A stretch of 64,000 bases of DNA, from assembly GCA_003344405.1 (NCBI GenBank), contig NOWV01000176.1:1-64000 (forward strand), read 5' to 3'. Every line of letters begins with the position of its first letter. Position 1 is the stretch's first letter. Below are positions 1 to 14,728 of the stretch, piece by piece. The notes under the pieces were generated by a model. It did no database searches. It was not told the origin of the DNA and was given only the letters and a program-made list of their open reading frames with translations. This stretch comes from Trichoplax sp. H2. Lineage: Eukaryota. Made by a program: the position numbers and the translations under genes.

Positions 1-712
1 CAAAAATGTTAAAGAACTTTGCTACTCCCACGAATATTTCAATATTCGCTTCTAATTGTCCTGTTATACATGGACCGATAGTATAGGCAGACGACAATAT
101 AAACTAAAAGAAGCAGAAGCTTAAAATACATCAGCATTGCTAGTTTTGCAATACTATAAATCATGAATAAGAGAGTTTGATATAAGATGGATTAATTATG
201 TGGGTATAAATAGCACAGTCAGAATTACTTCAAAATTTCAACTCATACGCTACGCTAAATCGCTTGTTCTGGCATAAAATACATGACCTTAATTAATATT
301 GCATTTAATTATAGTTTGTAAACATCAACCTAATAAAATGATGAATAAGACAGATCCAATGCAGTAGTAAGATAAGCATAATTTTTATACTACTGTCTTA
401 GTGCCAAGTCTTAGAATTGATGTAACTAGCTAGTTATATTACTCGTGATTCATTTTTTAATTTAATTATAAATACCATGGTCATATTTTCGTCACGACAT
501 AAAATTGAATAATATGAAATGTAGTAATTAATGAAGAGCTTCTATCCCTGGCTAAAACTAGGATAGTCATAACTTGGCCAACTACGTTGATTTATAGCCA
601 GTAATTACATGTATAGATATCACACGTACAGTAGGTTTGAAAGCATAAATGGAATCGTTCAATTTTTGTGGTTAATAGAGGACTAGACAACCACTTAGGC
701 CAATGGCTAATT

Positions 713-1711
713 CTAGCGAATTGTGGACATTCGTGTCACGGTTTGGCTCTTTTTAGATTGGAATTTACCTCCAGAAAATGCATAGGCAATAGGATGCAAT
801 ACACTGCATGAATTAGCAAGACATACGACCCAAAACATTACCTCTTTTTCCTCCGTAGTAAATGTCTGTGGACGGGAATCAAAGACTATTTGCATAGTCC
901 ATAATGGCACCCAAAGTAGTAAAAATAAGATTGTCATAATTGTAATGGTGGTAATAGTTTTTTTCCTTGCATTATCGATTTTCGATGAACCCTGGCGTAC
1001 TTCATTGACCGGATATTTAATGGATTTCCATATGCGTAAAATAATTCTGCTGTAACAAAAAACTAATATAACCGATGGTACAACGCAAAGGATGAGATAG
1101 TTGAATATAATCATGAAAGTACGAAATTCTTCATTGCCATATTTACGTCGACAAAATTGGACATTAAAATTGTACAATTTAAATTCATCGCTTTGGATAA
1201 CGTATAAGTAGGGCGTCATGAGAGCTGCCGACAATATCCAAACGAATAATATTGTTTTTTTGGTCCTTGCTTTGGAGCTTTCAAACTGGAATGAACGACA
1301 AATCGCTCGATAACGATCAATTGCTAATGCAACCAAGGTGAAAGCTAATGCTGTCATGGCTGTGGTCCTTATATAATTGATTATTTTACATCCAGCTGCA
1401 CCAAAGACCCAAGCACCTCGTAAATAATCAGATAACAAATTAATTGGAACATACAGCGATGTAACAAGGAGATCAGCAAAAGCTAAAGCGGCAATGTAAT
1501 ATTCAGCAATTCCAATACGCTTACTCGATTGACGAAGCAAAACTCCAATCACCATAGCATTACCACCGAATGCACCAATAAAAATAATAAGACTAACGAT
1601 AGTTTTAGCTACCATTACATTAGCTGGTTTAACGAATATTTCTTCAAAGGTAAAATTTCTGGCCATTGGTATGGTGATATTTTGTAAAATGGGCGTTGGA
1701 GATGCCATCAT
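713..1711 (-). CDS. Intronless rhodopsin-family (class A) GPCR, peptide-receptor-like, 332 aa
   Basis: Seven hydrophobic segments. Motifs: GN in TM1, LAFADLL in TM2, W-V-F-G-x-x-x-C in ECL1, DRY in TM3, WVP in TM6, HPIAY (NPxxY variant) in TM7. N-terminal sequons NIT and NFT. Confidence 0.95.
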   Translation of the reverse strand: MMASPTPILQNITIPMARNFTFEEIFVKPANVMVAKTIVSLIIFIGAFGGNAMVIGVLLRQSSKRIGIAEYYIAALAFADLLVTSLYVPINLLSDYLRGAWVFGAAGCKIINYIRTTAMTALAFTLVALAIDRYRAICRSFQFESSKARTKKTILFVWILSAALMTPYLYVIQSDEFKLYNFNVQFCRRKYGNEEFRTFMIIFNYLILCVVPSVILVFCYSRIILRIWKSIKYPVNEVRQGSSKIDNARKKTITTITIMTILFLLLWVPLWTMQIVFDSRPQTFTTEEKEVMFWVVCLANSCSVLHPIAYAFSGGKFQSKKSQTVTRMSTIR

Positions 1712-4700
1712 ATACTGATTTACCTGCTATATACTTCCTTTTTTGCAGGAGGTAATTGAGGAATAATTCTATCAATGAGTAAGTAAATATTTTACGTTGA
1801 AAATGGTTGATTAATCAACAGTATTTTTGAACTATTTTGAACTATTCGCTTAATCTCTTGGATGAACTAGCCAAGGTGGATGAACTAGCCAAGGAAATGA
1901 TCAATATCGTGTCTTGTCTTCAATTTCTATCGAAAATAAATGAAATAGTATCCAAGGAAGTGATTTCTTTGATCAATAATTTGATTGACGTTGACTACAG
2001 TGTATAGTCTCGTTTACGATACGTCGATGTTAATGTTAGTAACTCTTCTTGTCCATATAGAAAGATTCTTTTTTCAATCGATACGTTCTCAAATTAATCG
2101 GCCACTCGTTAGAATATACAATTACTAGCACATTGTTAACATTCGTACGGTATAAAGGGCTGTCAAACTGATCAATTAAAGGTACGATGAGCAATGACGT
2201 GGAAAGCCAACTATAGATCGTTAATTGTTGACTAGACAACCTTGAAGAAAATGATAGGGTTAATTGGAATGCGCTGTTGATTCCAGCATAGGATCGAACT
2301 CAATCTAACTGGTAGAACAGCGTTGATAGTTGTCTGTAAGAAGGGAAATGGAGATAAAGATATTAATAAGCTACTACAATCCACAATTGAAGTAACAGAA
2401 TATGCCTATATAATGAAATATCCAAATCTAGTCTATTTACGCTAGAGTTAACGTGCACAATTCTAGTTCATCGTTTATGGGTTAATTTCAATCCGTGAAA
2501 AATGGATATCAACAATTTCTATGCATAATATACGTACAGTAGTCGTAGACTGTCTTTAATTCATAACAATGAAATCCATTCTAAAAGATAGAATAAACTA
2601 ACCAATAATAATCTGCTACCATAGCGATGTAAAAAGTTACAGGTTCTCTGCTGTTTTTTTCATATTTTTGATGGCATTTATTATTATCCCAGACAGAACT
2701 GATGTACGCCTTCTTCTTCGTCTTGTTTGTTCTACTACCAAACATAAGTCACAACGTGAGGTATTTTAATTATACCAAAGGGCTAACAATATTAAATTGT
2801 TAATGGATGGATATTATTGATCAACACTGTTGCATTAAAAAACAAGTGAATCAGCTGGGTAGTAAAATATTGAAAAGGTTGGAAGTAAGATTATTTATAG
2901 CCAGTGTTGTTGACCAATTTAGTCACGCTTTCAGCGTCATAAAAACTAGTCTATACTTTTATCATACATCAACCAATTGATCCAAAGCCTTCTCTTGACA
3001 ATTAAGTCAAAGCTGATCTTTGTAGGAGTCCAATTGTGTTGTGGTAACCGTATCATTTATTTATAACTACATTACAGCATCAATAAGATAGCTTAAATTG
3101 TTACCGACATAACTACTTCTATCCTACATAAACAATTAATCTCTATCCTAATTAATGACTTGGCTCAAGAACAATACATCAACTACTTTACAGAATGGCA
3201 AAATTAATTAATATACAGTATACTATTACGCTGTCTATTCCCTCTTGATGCAAGCAAATTTATCTTCTTCTCATACCTTCAATACGCAATCTCTTCAATG
3301 TAGACGTTATAGTCATTAAATACTAATTCATAAGTAAACACCTACCATCGCTACTGTATCCTATCGATCAATTACAGTCAACATAGACACAGATTCTATC
3401 AACGACGACAAAATTCCCTTTTTTTGTTATTGTAGCATACAATAAATTAACCTTTGATTAGTATTATGTAACATAAAAATGTTATTCATTTTCTCACGTG
3501 GGTTTATTTTCCACTTTACATTTAGTCTTGAAATTTTGGTGGATAAAAATCTAATTAACAACCCATTGTAGGTCGAGTAGGACGATTGCAAAATAGACTT
3601 CTTTATAGCGATGTTGGTCATCATCATTAATAATTAGTTCAGTTTGGATTAAAGCTAAATTGAACACTTTATAATACCCTTGTGTTGATAGTATTAACAA
3701 ATGAACTTCTAATGAATTGATATTGATAAAAAGTTTGAATGATACAAGTTTTCAAGTTGAATAATGTCTGATAAAGTGATGGTAAAGGTAACAGCAGTAC
3801 TGCTATTCGATTAAATTTCTATGTACTCGAATAGATATCACAACTATAAACATTAACCTTATTAAATTGATTATTCAATCAATTTATGAATTTCAAGAGC
3901 CAGTAGCGTAAGAAGTCCATGATGAGAAACGATTCATTACCCATCCTAAACAACATCGCTTTTAGTTACTTAAGTAAAGGTGTGCAGACGATCTTTTTTT
4001 TTAAAGCAACAACAATTCGAAAAGATAGATTATTATTCTGAGCAATAGGTAGACAGCCATTATATGGCATCTATTGATGTATTGAATATACGCATCGCTA
4101 TGAATAGTTGCGAATATTGTGATGAATATTGAAAAGAAAATCACGAGAATTGATGGAGTATAAAATGTGTTAATAAATACTATCGTTCTCTTCAACTTCA
4201 ATCGAATCGTTTATAATAATATTGACTTATATCAACATCTAATATAAAAGCTACTTCTAGCCTAAAGAATAATAGCAAAATATTTGAAAATGAACATAGG
4301 GTCAATCATAACTAAGTAAGAGTCGGATAATAAATAGGATCCAATTCTTTGTTATAACCTTTGAAATCAAAATTTCAAAGCCAATAATCAAATGATTGCT
4401 AAACAAACACTTACACAAGCGGAAGAGAGAAGACTTCTTCCTTTGGACATTCTTTAATCAATTTTCTAAGAAATACAGTTATTATTTAACGTGATTCATC
4501 GACTCTAATCTCGTCAATGAATATACCCAACTAAGTTTTATCACAAAATTGTTATTGCCGGGTAGTACACAGAAGGTAATCTCTGTCATTACTATATTCT
4601 TTTCTTAATGGTTATGCTAGAACATACTATTTATATTATAATATTAACCAGTTGAGCTAACATTATAGCAATGAAAGTGGAGTAAGGAAATAGTACTCAT

Positions 4701-5196
4701 AAAATTACTCTAAAAGATACATATTATCATTTTTGGAGCTATCAGCAATTCAAAAAATCTTCGAAATGAGCTTCAGTAAATGATGATACGATTTTAGTTT
4801 TAAATTCAAATGTCATTATTGAATACATTAGAATTAGAATGAAAAATACCTTAAAAATAATAGCCTACTGCGTACGGAGCATAACTAGAGAGAAGAGAAT
4901 GGGAATACGAGCTTTTCTGAGTTAGTAATAATATGATACATATACAGTATATTATAGCTAATCGTTATAGTATCTGAAGTGCATAAAGTAGCCGCTCTTT
5001 AACCTGGAATAGCGTTAATCAAGTTCAATTTCATAATTATAGCCATAAATTTCCGAGTCAAAAGTCAATAACAACCTAGTTGACTGTTAGTTATCTGAGA
5101 TATAGTATGGAAAGAAATTCCTTAATTAATTAAGCTTCATTAACTGTCGCTCATGCTCGCTGAAACACAATTATGCATCCTATTAATAAAAAGTGT

Positions 5197-6257
5197 ATAA
5201 TCTATAATTATATTATAATGACAGATTATGTTTACTTTCCCCTATCTTGGATGGAATTAATCTTCTTGAGATTACTGTAATCAATTTATTCTTAACAATT
5301 CTACCTTAGGATTCTATATTAAAACTCACGAATACTGATAATTACTAACGAAAATAGCTCAGCTTTGATGAACTACACTTATGAGTTATAACTAGTAGTA
5401 ATTTACATATCTAGTACTTATCTAAATCTATTGCCGAATATCGTAAAGAATATGGCAAAAAGTGTTTAACNNNNNNNNNNNNNNNNNNNNAAACACTAAG
5501 TTGGACAATTCTTTATTATTTCACGATATACTGCATTTATATACTATTCCTCAATAGTTCATGAGTCATAGTTAATACAATTAACATTAGAATCATTTAC
5601 TGAATTAGATATTAATTTTAGCTACTGCTCTCTTAATGCAGACAACAGTATTTACGAACATAGACATGTAATGACTATTACAGAATAGTCAGATTACGAT
5701 ATGTCCTATCACGGAACATTTCCATGATAATTTACAGTCTATCATAAGTAAATTACAATCACAATGATTCGAACTGTAAGCAGATGATTTGCATTCCCTA
5801 TTATAACTATTATAATTTCAGTATGTGTATAAGTGTCACTGTCATAAAAAGTCAGTGCTATATTAAAATACAGTATATCCAAATTAGAAGTTAACTAAAT
5901 AAGGATAGTCTAACAGAATTATCCTAACATAGTGATTTCTACTGTAATACAGTATTTAACACTGTAACAATAATCTATAATTATATTATAATGACAGATT
6001 ATGTTTACTTTCCCCTATCTTGGATGGAATTAATCTTCTTGCGATTACTGTAATCAATTTTTCGAATTCAATTTATTCTTAACAATTCTACCTTTGGATT
6101 CTATATTAAAACTCACGAATACTGATAATTGCTAACGAAAATAGCTCAGCTTTGATAAACTACACTTATGAATTACAACTAGTAGTAATTTACATATCTA
6201 GTACTTATCTAAATCTATTGCCGAATATCGTAAAGAATATGGCAAAAAGTGTTTAAC
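5197..6257. repeat. Near-identical ~275-bp direct duplicate (5197-5470 and 5970-6257) flanking an N gap
   Basis: taatctataattatattataatgacag...aaaaagtgtttaac occurs twice, with a few SNPs and a ~14-nt indel. The first copy abuts the 20-N gap at 5471-5490. Confidence 0.9.
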
Positions 6258-9200
6258 GCTCCGAGTCTCAATACTATCAGTAAAATCAACAAGAAATTTT
6301 TTCTCCCATTCCTTATTTAGGGACTTTTGCACATTGGACAGTGCTAATGGATTTTTTATGCTACTTTAAGTCATGGAGCCAAACGATATTATTTAAGAAA
6401 GGCTATTGCTAAAATTTTCTATGCTAGGAGAACGGTAAATCACTGCATCAGCGTTTATAAAGTGAAATTTTTGCATTCGTTCATAGATCACTACAAAGAG
6501 AAATCATCAACTATGAAGAATATCGAAGAAGATCTTAACCTGAAGAGAGCTTCTGAATTCAAGGTAATGGTTATCAAGCATTACCAATCATGAATGTTAC
6601 AAAATAAGCAAGTAAAAGTAGGATTAAAGCTATAAAAAATCTTCTTTTCAATAGTAGAACAAGAATTTTTACTATTGACCATTTACGATATAAAGCTGTA
6701 AGATAAACCTTTTTGTTAATAGTGTAGGCACTTATACTATACATAGAAATTTAGCATTAAACTTGAACCAAAAAGTCTCAGCAGTAGGCTTGGGTGTGTA
6801 TGAATTTTAATGTCAATACTGTAACTATTCTATTGGCTAACAAAACGATTTAGGATCCTACTGCGTGCGCCTTGCTGTCTCGAAGAATGGCCATTAATAT
6901 TCTTATTCTAGCGCCATGATGATTGTTCTAATACTCTTTCTGTAGCAATCGTGATTATAGATTTGGCTTACTAAATCTCCAGCCAATCCATTCTTTTATT
7001 CCTGGTAATCGTTACATTATACGCTATCATGATCGACTAATACCTATAATCCATATAGATCCTTTCCATTGCGGTAGGTAATGGGTGCCGCTACTCGATA
7101 ATCATGAATACTACATAAACTTCTGAACGTTCGATTGAAGCAGTTTTCCTCTAAGAAAAACGCAAATATTTCTATTTAAGAATAGATAAAAGTTTTAGCA
7201 GCACCGCAGCTATTGTATCAACTTGTTTATTATTGCGTCTATTTTAGTTATTTATTAACGTTTCCTTTAAATATTTTAATACTGAACAGCATTTCTATTG
7301 CAAAATACATATTCGCATTCGGTAGCTTCGTAGCTATCGTTTCGATAAACAATTCTTGTGGCCATTTTAGTAATTTCTCTTCCTGTGCATTCAATATTTT
7401 AGAATTGATAAAAGTATCAAATAAATCTTCACATCGTTTCACCGGAATGAGAACTATAATTAATTTGTAAATCGTTACTTAATGATCTTAGGAAGAGTAT
7501 TGGCTTCAAAGGTTTAAGAATCTAGCCACATGGTTGTGACGATGTTACTTTTTGCTACCTTCTAATGAGCGATTGGTAGTAACTTGTATTTGGGCGTTAA
7601 AAGCTGGTTAAAACATATACCGTATTAATTAATCTAAAGACAGATATTACTACCACAGAGAAGTCGATAACTCAAGGCTTAGTTGTAAAAAAAATATGGT
7701 AGATATTCTTATATGATTTTAACAGTACAAGAAGCGGAATAGCGATGAAATTTCGACATATTTTAGTACACTCATTTCCATAGCTGGGACAAAATACAAA
7801 ATAATAACAATTTATAAAAAAAAATTATTCACATCTACTAAAAGACAAACATCCCTATCTTTGAATATTAATTAAAAAAATTATCAGTTTACAAAGCCAG
7901 TCAGTAGACAAAAATACAAGCACATAAATTGATGAGTTAATAAATAAAGAAAGTGTTACTGTCGTTAAAAATACATTTTTATACGGTTTAACGGAAACAA
8001 TGTAATCATATGGGTTGTTGTTTGAATAATGTTGACGCAATTTATTACTGCCTGCTGTTACCTAATACCAATACTCCGGAATTTTAAAATATTTCAATGC
8101 GATTTTTTATTTGTCCATGTCGAGCTAAATTATATTAGTTGAAGGGCTTAGACATGGTCTTAATAGAATTGAATTTTTAGTTCAAAATTTCTGTTAGCTG
8201 CACTTAATTTTGCTTTACGTTTATTGAAGCTAAGGAAATAGAGGTGAATGACACTGCCTTGAAATACCTGTTATATCTTGTATCTAGTTCAATGCTTGTG
8301 TGATTACTGTAGTGCATTTAGAAAAGCAATAATTAAAGTACGTAGACTTTATCTTACTAAGCAATATTCTATTAATCTGTAAATATGATTACGTACAAGT
8401 TAAAGCCAAGCATTTCGGTAATATGTAAGAATGTTATTGTTATTTAGCAATTCATGCAAGTTGTTTTTCCCTTTCTTTTATTCATTAGTCTCACAACTTG
8501 GCGACGATATATCCAGCTTCGACGGAAGTAGCATCCATTTATTGAAAAACAATTCTGACAGAGGTGTTAGTAGAATTGTATGTAAAGTTAATTAGTATCT
8601 CTATAATACTTATATCGATGGTATTTAACAGATTAATAACGAGAATACTGCCCCTTTTTATATTCGAAAAGTAGCATTGCATTGTTAGGAACATCCCATA
8701 GAATTTTTCTCACTACATTCTATCAGACTAACATTAGCTTAGAAGGCCAAATATAGAATAGCAGCGTACAGTAATTTCCGTGAATAGGTATTAATTACAA
8801 AACTTAGGTAATATATTGCCTTAAAGTCACACTATTACATTATTTTCCGATATTATTAAAATCGAATCTATGTTGGAAAAGCAGTTATTAGAAATTTGTT
8901 ATTACTTTAAATAAGATGCGTTTATTAAATAAAGCATCAAGTATCAAATTCTTGACGTAATTAATGTACATCTAATAAAACCGACAAAAGGCTATCGAAT
9001 GTTTGCCAAGACTGATAAATGTTATTTTAACAAATAAATCATTAACACTAGATGCTCCCAGCCATATTCAGCCTGTAACACACTATAGAGCGCTTTTAAC
9101 ACCCACTACCGGTACCTAATTATAGCTGGTAATATGATATTTATTCATTTCACGAATAATGAATACATTAGCGTGGATTGAAAATAATATCGATCTCCAT

Positions 9201-12200
9201 AAAACTCCTGGTAGAATCAATATTATGATCAAATAGTGGACATAGCAATTAGTTTTAATCCAATATTCATATTGCAAGTTACAATTCTGCTGTAGAAATT
9301 AATTGGCTATATAGCATCTTATTAAGTACAGTAATACTAATTATCCTATTCCAGAATCCTTGTATTTTGTTCCTCAATTTTCTTTAAGGTGGCCGTGCAT
9401 TATTAGAAAGGAAGAATTTAAACGTGAGCAAACTATCGCTTTAATGATTATGTCATTCCATGAAATAGAGATAATTAGAATCGTAGTAACCTCTATGATA
9501 ACTTTGAATAAATTTATGATTCGGTTTATCCAATTTCTATTATAAGAATGTTTTGTATTCTATCATAACCGGTATCTTGTTAAAGAACTTCCTAATTAAT
9601 TATAGAACTGTAACAATCTCCATTACACGCTCTAATATTATTTATTGCTCTGCATTTTAAAAATGTGAAAAAAACGTAAAGGTGAAACATATGTAATAGA
9701 CTCACTTTTCATATACCGCTTACTGTACTGAAAAGGAGTAAATTGCGACAATAGTCGCCAGGAACTGCGTAAGACAGGTACAATCCTAAGCTATTCTAAC
9801 CACTATATTAATTCTAGTTCTTATAATTGCTTATTATCTTATCGGTTCCACCTGCTACAGTAACAATTATATTTCTGCTATATACTATATCATTCAAAGA
9901 GTAATTGTCTATACTTCTTATACAGTAAAATAAAAAGAATTTTTTTAAATTTGACAGAATACTCGTCACAAATGAATATAGCAACGTTTCACTCTGGGAA
10001 AAATTATAAAGAATGCATAAAGTTGAATAAATTCATATCACGTCAATGGAACCTCATTCGTTTTCTTAATATTTATCAAGCGAGTATAGCATACGAAGTA
10101 TAACGAGCAAAGGAGGAACTAGTGATTTATAAAGTGCCTACCAGCATATGGACTAGCATAGGCGAGAGCACATATGAGGGTTTTCAAACGCCGCTAACAG
10201 CAATTACTGTTCAATATGTGAAACAAATATGAAGTACCTAGCACTCAATGTTGATTAACCCACAGCCTTTAAACTCATTAAACTTCATCACTAACAATAA
10301 CTGATTCAATTAATTTATGTTGATACCGTGTATCAATTTAATATTGTCATTAATTTAAGAAATATATATAAAGTGAAACGATGCAATAGCTAAAAATAAA
10401 GAATTTTATGCATGACTATATGATAGTATTATTAAAATCCATGATTTAATTGTTGCCTAACAAAACGATCTTAACGTAATATTTCTGATCCATAGTCTAA
10501 ACGAATTCACTATAGTATTCAAGATATGTTTATGATGCAAGAATTCGGACAGCCACTTTTCCATCCACCTATTCAAATACTATGATCAGCTAATTTAAAT
10601 ATGATGACAGAGTATTACTGATCTCTAAAAAATACTTTCTAGACGTCCTTCGTACATAAAGCAATTTTTCAAATTTTATGATTAAAATTATTTATTTTAT
10701 CTATCTTTATGACCAAACAACGGTTCCTTTCATTACCATTCTCAGGATTATTCTATCAATAATACTGGACAATATTTACACTGGACACGAAACCGATACT
10801 GGAAGTATTTTTTTTATTATAGCTTTCGAAATTTAGAAACACTATTCGTAATATCTTCTTTACTATGCTTCTGGATATATTTGTGAAGGATGATCATTGA
10901 GTTAGACTACTGATAAAAGTTCTTGATTTAGGCTTTAGCCCTTTACTACTGGGATATTTTTTAAAGAATTTCCAGATTTTTATGACATATTTGACTATCT
11001 TAGATAGGACAACTCGTTGCAGATTGAGTTCAAACTGTGATTCCTCTAGTTATATAAACTGCGCGTCAATCGATGGAATAAGAAATTTTCAATGCAAATC
11101 GATTACGCTACCTAACTTGTCGTTACTGGAATACAAACGTTCTTGCCAGTAATTTAATGCAGATATAATAATTACAGCTAATAAACGTTAATATCATTCG
11201 CTTTTTGTTTAGGATAAAATTTTTCCTAACGCCTTGTCAGATTTATGAAATAGCAATGGCAGTAAAGTTATTGTTACGATAATGTTAATTTGGAAAAATG
11301 ATTACATCTCGACCGCAAGGCTGTTTATATTTTAACTCTATAAATTTAGTATAGTACTAAGTATATCGACTAATACATGAAAGTAACAAATAAGTTTCCG
11401 TTGTATGCATGTGATACCAAATGTATTTATAAAGAAATAAACAACATTGTCCGTATTGCGATGTTTTTTTCTACTGAATATATTTCCATGTCCTAGTAAG
11501 CATTAATATCAAGTTATACGATATTAACATTAAAAAACTGTATTGTAAGCTGCTACAGTAACATTTATTCATAAATGCCGCTAAGTCTAGTCAATAGGCA
11601 TGAATCATATTAATTCATGATAAAGCTATATTATTTATGATGCTTCAAGATAGTATATGTACGAGGTATTTTGTGCATTTTTTCTAATCTCGATATTTTA
11701 ACAGCAACCAAAAAATTATATCTGAAATTGTGTTATCATTTCTAATAAGAGCACAAGTAATGGTGTACAAGCTAAACAAACTGAATGATAAATTTTATAG
11801 TCATAGCCTAAATCATATCAGTTATAACTATAGATTTTGGCGAGCAATCAATCGATATAGAATATTTGTAAATGTATTCACTCATTGCAGAGTTCAAGTG
11901 AATTGTCTTGACACCTGGCGTTATTTCACTTTCTATGATAATCAGATTATTAATTTATCGTGGTTATTGTTGGTAGGATAGCGACATCATTTTGTGTACT
12001 GGCAGTTCAGTATTACCCTTAATATAAATAACTTGAATAAAAAAATGACAATGAAATACAAGTAAATCGATCGGCATAATAATCGCATCCATGTCTTCGT
12101 GATTATAGTATCAATAATTTAGTTAACAATCCCTTCTATATTTAATACATAATGAATAGCTAAACAATTGCAGTAACTTTTACCTAAGAATAATTAAAGA

Positions 12201-14728
12201 ATGATGATTAACTAAGTCGATTCTATCATAATCTACAAATATTGCTTACGCGCACTTGATTTCTCACTCTCACTCTGACTTCAATTGATATTTCCGAATT
12301 CGATACGTATATACGAATGTACACATCCTTTGCTGATTCCTTCATGGTAAAAATATTACAAAATCACGTTTACTGATGTTAAATCGTTATATACTACTTT
12401 GAAATTTTATGTGCCATTCGATCTGCAATCAATTTCTAAGCATTTTAACACGTTGACTGTTTTTAAATAAAAATTATGAAGGTAAGCTCACAAATATTAT
12501 CAAAAGTATTGAATTCTAATTTTAAGGATGAGCGGATAATCATACCGGTCTGAAAGTTTTAATATTGTGAACACTTTAAAAATTTTGTTATAGGCTAAAA
12601 AGTTTAATGCCGTCATCTAAAATTTATAATTTTTTATCCTGAAATTTATTCTATTAAATATTCCCGGGCTCATTTTAAAAAATTTTCATTAAAGGGAGCC
12701 TACATACTGTTGGTAAAATAGTTGAGATAGAGCAAGCTCATATTTTGTTCATACGCGCCAACATTTCTCTATTATGATACTAGCTCATTTGTTCATGATA
12801 TGCATGCATCTCTTTTATCATTTTCTTCGGCCTACTTATTTCAATTAATCTACGTATTGATAATTGTGACAGAATACGAAGTTACATTTATTAAATGTAG
12901 ATGATATGATGGTGATATTTATTATAATGTACATAGATATTCTATTACATTACTCATCACATTGATATACCGCTTCCCTTTTACATATAATGCATATTAT
13001 TTTTTACGAATCATAGTTATGCCGATTTCTCAAAGTTAGCTTTGTTTCAGACTCTTTACAATCTTCCATTAACCGATTAATGCTTCTACACTAGACGGTG
13101 TCTATTCTTTTATAAGGCATTACCTTGGACCATTACACTACTTGTTCGTATAGTTCGAAATATAACAGACAATTTCGTAGATCTTTTAGCTTAGTTAAGC
13201 ATTTTAGTCTAGAAATAGATTAAATATAGCGTTAGCATTTATTGATATAGCGAGTGTGAATTAAGAATTTGATTAATATAGTCAATTTTTAGTCTATTAT
13301 TAAGGTGGAGACAAACATTTTTTTTATATAATCTATTGATATCAGACAATATTACAGAAACTGCTAATAGGATATAATATAATACTTACCTTGATATAGT
13401 ACGATCTCATTACTTCCATCATGAAAGTCTATGAACTAAGGCCTACAGGATACGTATATATTGAAACTGATATATTGCTAGATTGATATAGCAAAAGTAA
13501 AGTTGATTTCTTTAAAAGCTAGAAATTATTTTTAACAGCTTATTTATTGATACTATGTTTTGTACATATCATAAATCACGAAATTAAACCGACCGTTTTA
13601 ACAGGATTAATGTTATAATTATAAATGATTAACGTTGTTGGAGATGATATAGTTTGTTTTATATGTTATATAACTTTCTCTCGTATGACATCAATAATAT
13701 CTTCATAAATAATAATTGGTCCAGTCTTGGCTAATTGTATCATTGTAGGATATCATAAAATATACATTCAAATAGTCATTTCATTAATGGCATGTGCGTA
13801 TTTTACTTTACATGTAGAAATTAATAACCTTGATAAGTTGTATGATACAAAGCTGTAACTAAGCATGATCTTATTTTGACAGCAATCTGAATTAGCTATT
13901 ATTTGGGAAAAGTTTAAATTAATCTAAATGTCATATTCGACCCTTTACAAAAAGAGATTAGATGGAACGCATCCTTTAATACAATCCGTGAATATGTAAT
14001 AATTTCATCTATAAAAATTGCATATCTTGTTTTGGAGCTGACAGTTCATTAATAGTTAGCGATTAATTAAAGCATCCAACTGTATCTCTTTTAATTAATT
14101 GGGTAACAGTTTCATTTAGAATAAAAGTATAAGTAATTTCTGGCTCCAGTTCGAAGGGGATACGTACAAAAATTTATCGTTACTTTTACCCTATGACAGT
14201 TTCTGTAAGAAGATTGTCTGAAAAATAGTTTTCTTTGAACCTAAAGGATTTTTTTATACATTTTATTCATTATCATATTTATATTAATTTATATGATTTG
14301 AGAATTCTATTTCCATGATAATTATAATTGCACAGATAAAATAAGCTAAAAGAAGTAGGAAATTAACAATTTAAATTCTGATTAAATTTAAAAATCATAA
14401 CTTGAAATAGAAATTGAAAACAAACTATCAATGATTCAACTAGAATTGTTTTCAAAATTCTCGAAAAATTCGGGTATTGTTTCTTTTCGTTTAAATTCTA
14501 TACGAATCTCTTATTACGTATTGATGTATCTCAATGCTATTAAATTGATATATATAATTGCTAGTTTTTGTAATATATACGAGATTTATATTGTACATTA
14601 AAGAAATTTTTTGCTATTCATCTTTCTGAGGAAGACAAAATATTTCTTCTCTTGAATTATATTTAATCTCTCATTGATATTCTGTTTTTGATATACGTAT
14701 GTTGTAGGAAAATCCAATTCTGCTTAAT

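Noticed and set aside
713-1711. Opsin identity for either GPCR
   Set aside because: No lysine at the retinal-binding TM7 position (N here, Y in the 14729 receptor).
1821-1894. Short tandem duplications (ggatgaactagccaagg x2; tattttgaac x2)
   Set aside because: Ordinary slippage duplications with no further structure.
5197-6257. LTR pair or mobile element
   Set aside because: One copy ends at an assembly gap, there are no TG..CA termini or internal coding region, and it is probably a haplotype artefact.
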